In this document: positions 56,786-64,000 of the stretch, in pieces | How the letters are laid out: each line of letters begins with the position of its first letter | How positions within the stretch are numbered: the stretch's first letter is position 1 | Source of the DNA: a virus | Taxonomy: Duplodnaviria; Caudoviricetes | Reading direction: 5' to 3' (one strand) | IMG/VR virus record: IMGVR_UViG_3300032007_001727 | DNA length: 64,000 nt | Translations under genes and position numbers: made by a program | The notes under the pieces: generated by a model | Told to the model about the DNA's origin: nothing | Seen by the model: only the letters and a program-made list of their open reading frames with translations | Databases searched by the model: none

Positions 56786-59785
56786 ATGTGGGCATTTTTA
56801 AAAAGTATAATAAGTTTGGTTGGTGGTCTCGGTAATGGGGTGCTTCAGACGGCCTTATCCATTATGAAGGAAGGGTCGCGTGCTGCTGTACAGTTCCACG
56901 AAGAAGCCATTTCATTCAGTAGAGATTTGGGTCTTGGACTCAGACAGTCTAATGCGTATACCAAGGCATTGACTGAAGATACCGCCAAGTTAGCAAGGAC
57001 ATATGGTGTTACCGCTAATGCAATTAAGGAGGTTCAGAGGAACATTGCTGATGCCACCGGTAAGCAAATCCTATTGAACACTGCACAGAGGGAACAGTTA
57101 GTCCAAGCCAATAAACTTGTTGGTGCACAGACGGCTGTTAGGTTCGAGGAAACCATGATGAATGGTTTCGGTGCACAGATAAATACTGTTTATGGTGCCA
57201 TCGCAAAGGCATATGGTACTGCGGCAAAGAGTGGTTTGGCGGCGCAGAAATTCAGTCAGAAAATAGCCGACAACCTTTCAATGGCCAACAGACTTAATTT
57301 CAGAAACGGAATTGACGGTCTTATTAGGATGACCGCAATGTCTGAGAAATTGGGTATGAATCTGCAATCTGTCGAGACTGTTGCAAACAATTTTATGGAT
57401 TTGAGCAGTGCCATAGAAAAATCAGCAAATTTGCAGATGCTTGGTGGAACCATAGGTGTATCATTCGCCAATCCGTTGGAGGCAGCATACGAGTCGTGGT
57501 ATGACCCGGAAGCGTTGGCAAGAAGACAAGAGAATGCCTTGAGGGGCATGGCAACGTTTGATGAAGCAAAGGGTATGGCCGTGATGGGTGGCATGAACCA
57601 AAATATCCTCAAGGAATATGCCAATGCGTTGGGACTCAATGCTGAAGAGGTTATCGGAAATGCCAAGAAGATGGCTGAAGTATCATACAAGGAGAATAGG
57701 TTTGCATCAGATTTAAACTATTATTCCGGCGGTAATGAAATGAAGCGCAACCTCATATTGAACCAATCTCAAATTGGTATTAACCGTATGGGGCAGCGTG
57801 AGTTGCAAATCAACGGAAAGGGTTTGGGTGAGATAAGTGAAAAGGAATGGAGGGACATTTTCGAGTTGTCCGGAAAAGATGATACCGAACTCTTGAGAGA
57901 CCAAGCGCAGCAACTTAGGAGCATAAACGAAAGTATTAGCGGTGGTCTGACAACGACAATCGCTAGTTTTGCCAAAGGTCTTCAGTTTGATAAGAATGCC
58001 GGAGACATCATTAAAAACATAGACCGGTTAAGTGATACGACGAAAGATGTTGCTGAGAACTTGGGCATTGCCGTTGGCGACTTACTTAACAGATTCTTTG
58101 CTACCATTGAATCACATAAGGGGATTTTCATTGAAATTAAAAATGGCATAATAGCGTTGTCCAAGGCGACAACCAAAATTGGTGATGCCATTGATGAGGT
58201 AAAAAAGAATTCAGCGGCAATATTGGCAATATTAGCCTTATTTAAGTTTAGGCGTTCCATATTTGGCGGTGGCGGTGCAAGTGGTGGTAGCGCAGGAGCA
58301 GCCGGAGCAGGAGCCGCAGGAGCAGGAGCAGCCGGGGCAGGAGCAGCCGGTGCTGCCGCAGGAGCAGGAGCAAATGCTGTAAATGGTAATCGTACACCGG
58401 GACGGTGGGAGTTAACAGTAGGTCCAAATAAAGGTAAATATACTAAGACTGTCAACGGAGAATGGTTAGACAGTGGTGGCAATGTAGTAACAGACCCGAA
58501 AACACTAAACCAACTAGAAAATCAAACTAGAGCAATTAAGGCCGGTTCGGTTAAAAAAGGTGGTACAGGTGCTGCCGGGAGCACAACCGGAAGTACCGCA
58601 GCAAATACCGTCGCAAAACCATCAGTTCTAAAAAATAGTCTTAAGACCGGTGCAAAAGTTGGTGCTAAAGCGGGTGCCGTTGCTGCTGTCATAGAGACCG
58701 GATTTGCCGGATATGAGACTTGGGCCAATAATAAGGAATATAAGGATAAAAAAGAAAAGATACTCAATGATAAGGAGTTGACCCTAAATGAGAAGGCACA
58801 AAAATTATCTGAAGAGAAACTAGAAAAGCAAAAGGGTAACAGAGGCGCTTGGGGTAATGCTGCCGGTGCTACTGCCGGTGTCACTATAGGTACTGCTGTG
58901 GCAGCGGGTATTGCGGGTGCTATAAAGGGTGCTACAGCCGGTGCTACTGCCGGTTCAGTCGTACCCGGTGCCGGTAATGTTGCCGGTGGTATTGTCGGTG
59001 CTATAGGTGGGCTTGTGGTAGGTTCACTAGGGGCATGGCTCTTAGGTAATGCCGGTCGTAGTATAGGTGAGAGTATGGCAAGTGAAAATAGTGCCAAAGT
59101 CTCACAAGATGAAGTCAAGAGAATGATTGAGGAGAACAATAGGAAGCAGTTGCAGTCGGCGGAACCACATGCACACAGTGGTATTGTCGGCGGAACTTCT
59201 TATTCCGGAGACAAAGTCCTAACTAGACTAAACAGCAGGGAATTGACTTTGAGTATGGATGACCAAGTATCACTTTTCAATTTCATTAAGAATCTTCCTA
59301 CTTTGTTGAGGAAAGTGGGTGCCGGTGATAACGTTACATACTATAATGCCTATGATTCTAGCAATAGGTCATTCCATAATATACAGAGCACAAAATATCT
59401 CACGGACAGAATATTGTCAACAATGTATAATAGTCCGTCGAATGTGATTGCGTCTGCATTGGAACCAAAAAACATAATTCCGACACCGTTTGGCGGTAAT
59501 AGTTTCAGACCAATACCAAATGGAAGTACCGTAGAAAGATACAACGAGGTCAAGGAAGTGTCTGTAAAGGACATTAATCTGAACGTCAACGGTACGATTA
59601 GGCTAGATTCCGGTATCATGTCCAAGAGCATAAACATTAACGAATTATTAAGTGATACATCATTTATGTCATCTTTGAAGGAGATTATTAAGAATTCAAT
59701 AAACAATGATATGAACGGCGGAAGGTTCATGAATGATAATGCAACATTAAGAGGTGGCTTGACTACCGCGACTTATTGGGGTTAA
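56786..59785 (+). CDS. Tape-measure-like tail protein
   Basis: 999 aa, Ala/Gly-rich helical; glycine-zipper segments; lies after the chaperone-like genes and before the baseplate genes. Confidence 0.65.
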   Translation: MWAFLKSIISLVGGLGNGVLQTALSIMKEGSRAAVQFHEEAISFSRDLGLGLRQSNAYTKALTEDTAKLARTYGVTANAIKEVQRNIADATGKQILLNTAQREQLVQANKLVGAQTAVRFEETMMNGFGAQINTVYGAIAKAYGTAAKSGLAAQKFSQKIADNLSMANRLNFRNGIDGLIRMTAMSEKLGMNLQSVETVANNFMDLSSAIEKSANLQMLGGTIGVSFANPLEAAYESWYDPEALARRQENALRGMATFDEAKGMAVMGGMNQNILKEYANALGLNAEEVIGNAKKMAEVSYKENRFASDLNYYSGGNEMKRNLILNQSQIGINRMGQRELQINGKGLGEISEKEWRDIFELSGKDDTELLRDQAQQLRSINESISGGLTTTIASFAKGLQFDKNAGDIIKNIDRLSDTTKDVAENLGIAVGDLLNRFFATIESHKGIFIEIKNGIIALSKATTKIGDAIDEVKKNSAAILAILALFKFRRSIFGGGGASGGSAGAAGAGAAGAGAAGAGAAGAAAGAGANAVNGNRTPGRWELTVGPNKGKYTKTVNGEWLDSGGNVVTDPKTLNQLENQTRAIKAGSVKKGGTGAAGSTTGSTAANTVAKPSVLKNSLKTGAKVGAKAGAVAAVIETGFAGYETWANNKEYKDKKEKILNDKELTLNEKAQKLSEEKLEKQKGNRGAWGNAAGATAGVTIGTAVAAGIAGAIKGATAGATAGSVVPGAGNVAGGIVGAIGGLVVGSLGAWLLGNAGRSIGESMASENSAKVSQDEVKRMIEENNRKQLQSAEPHAHSGIVGGTSYSGDKVLTRLNSRELTLSMDDQVSLFNFIKNLPTLLRKVGAGDNVTYYNAYDSSNRSFHNIQSTKYLTDRILSTMYNSPSNVIASALEPKNIIPTPFGGNSFRPIPNGSTVERYNEVKEVSVKDINLNVNGTIRLDSGIMSKSININELLSDTSFMSSLKEIIKNSINNDMNGGRFMNDNATLRGGLTTATYWG
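58291..58372 (+). repeat. Intragenic 15-bp repeat encoding (GAAGA)n
   Basis: GCAGGAGCAGCCGGA-type tandem units. Confidence 0.75.
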
Positions 59786-59803
59786 ATAGAAAGAAGTTAA
59801 CAT

Positions 59804-62800
59804 ATGGCAAGTTTTATAAAAGAACTCGGTTCGACATTAAGGCAAAAGACGTTTGATACCCTATTAAATAGGGACTTTATAAGCAGAAGTATAGGGATGA
59901 ACAGTTCCTATGAAGTCATTATGCTTATTGTTCAAGCATTGGGGCATGAACCGGTCAGTCTTTTGGGCAAGGATTTCCTTTATATATATGACCACGTCAG
60001 AAGGAACCACAACATTGGGACGAATTCAATAAATAATGAATATAACTGCCCAAGATTCACATTTTATAAGGAAAGACCTTCCATTAGATTTGCGGATGTA
60101 TATAATGACCCGCTTAACCTCTTGGACAAGTGGATGCCGGATATTATCATAAATGATACAAGTGGTAAGAATGAACTGATATCATATGCTGAATCAGACG
60201 ATGATTTAGTAAATAACAGAGAGGTTAGGAAAGCGGGTAATGATATTGATACCGGTAATCCGGGTACAAGTTATGGTGCTGTTTCTAGTTTTGAGTATAA
60301 AATTGACAATTCTTGTGATTTACTTAAAAAAACTAATGATAACTTTAGGAATGGTAAATATAGAACCTTGATTGCAAGGTTCCATACAAATTCGCAAGAC
60401 AGTAAGGAATATTCCGAAACGCAGAGTGCAATATCAAAATATGGTATGTCACACGGAAGAAACTTATTAAAGGGTAGTACTGATTATAAATTCGGTTATG
60501 ATAATCCGTATTGCCGTGTTTGGACTTATTTTCACCAATACAACCAAATGGGAAGAGCAATCAGACCATTTGATGATGACAATGAAACCGGAAAATACGG
60601 ATATAAGGGGATTGCTAGTTTTCGTGCCGAAAAAGATGAAAAGTTCAATAACGGCCAAGAAGGATTGGGTGAGTATGGTGTCTTAAATTATCGTAGTGGA
60701 TTGGTGAATATTGCCCCAAGCAATGAAGACAAGGTTGACATTAAAAAATGTATGTTTTCCATTGAAAACCTTGCTTGGAGGAATAAGAGCACGGCATTTG
60801 ACACATATGACGAAAACGGGCTTTCAAAAGAGCAGAAGGGTCCGTTTGGCGGAAGAATTATGTGGTTTCCGCCTTATGATTTGTCCTTTAGCGAAGACGT
60901 TAGAGTTAATTGGAATTCAAATCAATTCATAGGAAGAGGTGAGAAAATATACACATATACTGACACGGAGAGGAGCGGAAACTTGTCTTTCACCATGCTG
61001 ATAGACCATCCTTCAATGATAGACTATTGGGAAAAGAGGGACAGCGGTGCAAATGATAAAAAGTCAAGCGGCACTGATGAATTCGTAATTGACCGTGACG
61101 AAGACCAATTGTTACGGTTCTTTGCCGGATGTGATGTCCTTAACGTTAAGCCACAGAGATACAGTAACCCAAAACAAGTCGTGGTTAAAAAAGAAACCGA
61201 CGTTGCAACAAATAGTACTGTCGATGAAGGGGATAATGGTGGAAAGAAAACTATTCAGTGTGTTCTCTATTATCCAAATAACTACAGTGGTATTGACGAT
61301 GTAATTAACGGCCCAGTGGACCCAATACTCTATCTTATGAACGGTGTCGGTGCACAGAAATATATTGACGTAAGTGATGAAGATAAAATACATAAGGAAA
61401 TTGATATTGAGACCACCATTAAGGCGAGACCAACAGTAAACGGCAATTCTTGTGGCGGTTATGAGGTCATGGAAAGTGAGAGCAGCGGAATTTCAATTGT
61501 TAATGCTGTTTTGGAGAAGAATTACGAAGTATTTCAATCTACATATGCCGTTAAAACCGGTAAAACTGACTTGTGCGGCCACTATTTAACATCATCAAAT
61601 GGTGCTAGTGCGGTTGAAGTTAGTTATGGCAATGATAGTTATATATTGGCAAAACAATTATATAGGAATAAAGAAGGATATGCCATTTTTAGGGACGGGA
61701 CTCATCAGATAATACCGACTTCAAAAAGTGATTTGACAAAATACTACTATAATAATTGGTATTATCGCGTAGATAAGGAATATGAAAAACAAGTATTGAC
61801 CCATGATGATAGTTATTTGGATGTAAACAGTAAAGGGTTAAATAGTAAACATGGTTATAAAAAATTAATAAATGATGCTGAAACCGCGAAGGCGTTTGGA
61901 TTTGATAAAGATACAACAACACTGATTAGTTTCGTTGACTTGTTTATAGCATTAGGGGACGAAACAGCAAAAAACTTATTAGGTGATTATTCCGAACCTA
62001 GCAATGTTGACCGAGTAAAAGCAATAATGGGTGTGGGCAGTTCATCAAAATATAAGATAACATCTATTAATTTTGAAGGTCATGCGTCATTACAAGGCTA
62101 TAATAAGACTACCGGGGAGGAAATCTATAATGAGAAATTGGCTGAAAATAGGGCAGAAACCTTAAAAAGGTGGTTAAAGACACATTTTAAGAATGATGCC
62201 GTCATAAATGGTACAGTCAAATCAAAGAAACAAGAATCAAATGGTCAAAACCATATTAATATTGGCGGAAACAGTGAATTAAGTACCAAACTATGGAGAA
62301 GTGCCTCCGTCATAATTGAATATGAAGAGATTGGTATTTCGGATGCATCTGTAATGAAGGATTCTACTGATGATTCTTATTCGATAAGCATACCAAACAA
62401 GGAGTCTAGTCCACAAGAAAGTATTGTGATGATACAAGATAACGGTTCTAACGGTGGAATACCAAACAGAACCCTAAACACCATCATCAATACAACACAG
62501 TCAGACGATAATACAATGAATGCGGAAGAGACTGACACAGAACCAATTGTAAAGAGATATGACAACGAGGGTGAATTCTTTAAGAAGTTAAGCAAGAATG
62601 ATGCATTCTTGCATCACTTAATAAAGGATAAGATTAAATATTTCGACCCGGCATTTCACTCAATATCTCCGGAAGGGTTCGGGGCTAGGCTGACATTCTT
62701 GCACCAATGTACTAGACAAGGCCCGACAGTTGGTAACTCAGACCAAGGTTCATTGACTGCGTACAACCTTTCGTTCGGAAGACCGCCGATATGTGTGCTC

Positions 62801-63118
62801 AGAATCGGTGATTTTTACTACACGAAAATTGTGATAAATCACATATCGTTACAGTATGACAGTACACAATGGGACTTGAATCCGGAAGGTATTGGCGTTA
62901 TGCCAATGTTTGCAAAAGTAACAATATCCTTCCAATTCTTGGGCGGAAGTGACTTGGCAGGACCGATATCTAGGTTGCAGAATGCAGTATCGTTCAACTA
63001 TTATGCCAATACTAGTGTATATGATAATAGGGCTGAGTTGGTAAATTATACCAATGATGGAAGCGGAAAAGAAACTAACTTTAGACCATTCGTCTATCCG
63101 AATATAAACCAAAAATAA
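59804..63118 (+). CDS. Baseplate/tail protein with an OmpA-like domain
   Basis: INFEGHAS...YNEKLAENRAETLKRWL; WFPPYDLSFSE and FGRPPICVLRIGDFY tube/baseplate-type motifs. Confidence 0.6.
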   Translation: MASFIKELGSTLRQKTFDTLLNRDFISRSIGMNSSYEVIMLIVQALGHEPVSLLGKDFLYIYDHVRRNHNIGTNSINNEYNCPRFTFYKERPSIRFADVYNDPLNLLDKWMPDIIINDTSGKNELISYAESDDDLVNNREVRKAGNDIDTGNPGTSYGAVSSFEYKIDNSCDLLKKTNDNFRNGKYRTLIARFHTNSQDSKEYSETQSAISKYGMSHGRNLLKGSTDYKFGYDNPYCRVWTYFHQYNQMGRAIRPFDDDNETGKYGYKGIASFRAEKDEKFNNGQEGLGEYGVLNYRSGLVNIAPSNEDKVDIKKCMFSIENLAWRNKSTAFDTYDENGLSKEQKGPFGGRIMWFPPYDLSFSEDVRVNWNSNQFIGRGEKIYTYTDTERSGNLSFTMLIDHPSMIDYWEKRDSGANDKKSSGTDEFVIDRDEDQLLRFFAGCDVLNVKPQRYSNPKQVVVKKETDVATNSTVDEGDNGGKKTIQCVLYYPNNYSGIDDVINGPVDPILYLMNGVGAQKYIDVSDEDKIHKEIDIETTIKARPTVNGNSCGGYEVMESESSGISIVNAVLEKNYEVFQSTYAVKTGKTDLCGHYLTSSNGASAVEVSYGNDSYILAKQLYRNKEGYAIFRDGTHQIIPTSKSDLTKYYYNNWYYRVDKEYEKQVLTHDDSYLDVNSKGLNSKHGYKKLINDAETAKAFGFDKDTTTLISFVDLFIALGDETAKNLLGDYSEPSNVDRVKAIMGVGSSSKYKITSINFEGHASLQGYNKTTGEEIYNEKLAENRAETLKRWLKTHFKNDAVINGTVKSKKQESNGQNHINIGGNSELSTKLWRSASVIIEYEEIGISDASVMKDSTDDSYSISIPNKESSPQESIVMIQDNGSNGGIPNRTLNTIINTTQSDDNTMNAEETDTEPIVKRYDNEGEFFKKLSKNDAFLHHLIKDKIKYFDPAFHSISPEGFGARLTFLHQCTRQGPTVGNSDQGSLTAYNLSFGRPPICVLRIGDFYYTKIVINHISLQYDSTQWDLNPEGIGVMPMFAKVTISFQFLGGSDLAGPISRLQNAVSFNYYANTSVYDNRAELVNYTNDGSGKETNFRPFVYPNINQK

Positions 63119-63119
63119 C

Positions 63120-63443
63120 ATGACATCATATAACAGATACAAATCTTTCATAACGAACGGCACCTTTAAAAAAGTGCCGTTCATAGAGGTTCCGGCCCAT
63201 AACACTGACATATACGTAAACTATGAAGTCGGAAGGACTAGATTGGACTTGTTATCATATCAGTATTATGGGAACCCGAATTACGGGTGGCTGATATTAC
63301 AAGCAAACCCTAGTGTCGGTTCTTTAGAGTTCAGAATACCGAACAACACTAGACTAAGAATACCATACCCATTGGAGAATTCAATTCAAGGTTACGAGGC
63401 TAATATTAAGAGATATAATAACTTATATGGTTTAAATGATTAA
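63120..63443 (+). CDS. Baseplate wedge protein (gp53/LysM-like)
   Basis: TRLDLLSYQYYGNPNYGWLILQANP...LRIPYP. Confidence 0.75.
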   Translation: MTSYNRYKSFITNGTFKKVPFIEVPAHNTDIYVNYEVGRTRLDLLSYQYYGNPNYGWLILQANPSVGSLEFRIPNNTRLRIPYPLENSIQGYEANIKRYNNLYGLND

Positions 63444-63448
63444 AAAAT

Positions 63449-64000
63449 ATGCCAAATCCACATGCAAGTGTAAACTACGTTGAACCAAATTTGACCCCGT
63501 TTAATTCAATGTCCGGAGATATGAAGTATGACAGAATTCCGGACTTGGAGGACTATTCGATATATTTGAATATAGGGGTAGAAGTTTGTAGTAGGAAAAA
63601 CATATCAAACGACAATAAAATCACCAAGGAGGTCATCATTATGGAGTATCGCGCTTCAAAGAATGATGACAAGGGTGTTGTTAACTTTATGGGCGGTACT
63701 AGGATGGAAACCCAAGATAAAGACAGCAATGGTGTCAATTATTTGACATCAAACTATGCTGATATGTATGTCGATGACTTGATAGACTATGGCACAACTG
63801 AAATGATTGGTATCAAGAGCCTAGATATAGAATACAAGAAGGCTTGTGTGCCCATAATCAATATAAAATTTACCGATGTAAGGGGGCTTTCACTGTTTCA
63901 GCCCACTGAATTGAATAGAAGCAATTCATATTTTGGTATTGGTGGGTTAAGTTCGGACAACATTGCACAGTCATTTTTCCAATGTTTCTTCATGGTACCT
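63449..64000 (+). CDS. Probable baseplate/tail protein (partial, runs off the right edge)
   Basis: MPNPHASVNYVEPN...MIGIKSLDIEY...IKFTDVRGLSLF; open to the edge. Confidence 0.6.
   Translation, partial: MPNPHASVNYVEPNLTPFNSMSGDMKYDRIPDLEDYSIYLNIGVEVCSRKNISNDNKITKEVIIMEYRASKNDDKGVVNFMGGTRMETQDKDSNGVNYLTSNYADMYVDDLIDYGTTEMIGIKSLDIEYKKACVPIINIKFTDVRGLSLFQPTELNRSNSYFGIGGLSSDNIAQSFFQCFFMVP

Noticed and set aside
1-64000. Stop-codon reassignment as in some gut jumbo phages
   Set aside because: Genes are long and intact under code 11, and TAG/TGA act as real stops.
1-64000. tRNA or rRNA genes
   Set aside because: No cloverleaf or rRNA-like segments recognised in the short intergenic regions.

Overview
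A 64-kb piece of a large, AT-rich, standard-code myovirus (jumbo-type phage). The host is probably a Bacteroidota species: genes lack Shine-Dalgarno sites, have A-rich leaders, and some carry TAnnTTTG sigma-A promoters. The window holds tail/baseplate genes (sheath, tube, gp26-like protein, tape measure, OmpA-like and gp53/LysM-like baseplate proteins), many fibre-like proteins, an amidase endolysin, RfbD, an AAA ATPase, a PRTase-domain protein and a WYL-domain protein. It is rich in selfish elements: six Zn-repeat/PD-(D/E)XK free-standing endonucleases, a GIY-YIG repeat endonuclease and two TnpBs. Main observations: (1) a 1.9-kb element with 25-bp terminal inverted repeats (TIRs), an exact 8-bp target-site duplication (TSD) and an IS1595 transposase relic carries an intact TnpB whose omega-RNA appears rewired to end at the TIR, a candidate TnpB-DDE transposon association; (2) two BspA-type LRR genes share a poly-C tract that is in frame in one copy (C11) and out of frame in the other (C10), a candidate phase-variation switch; (3) the family B DNA polymerase is fractured at its catalytic motif by a Ser1/Thr+1 split intein with an endonuclease gene between the halves; (4) about ten unrelated proteins share an 'LxE(S)' terminal tag and often a (G/A)ATATTTAT promoter, suggesting a portable capsid-packaging signal. 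All family assignments are by eye from motifs; no database searches were run.
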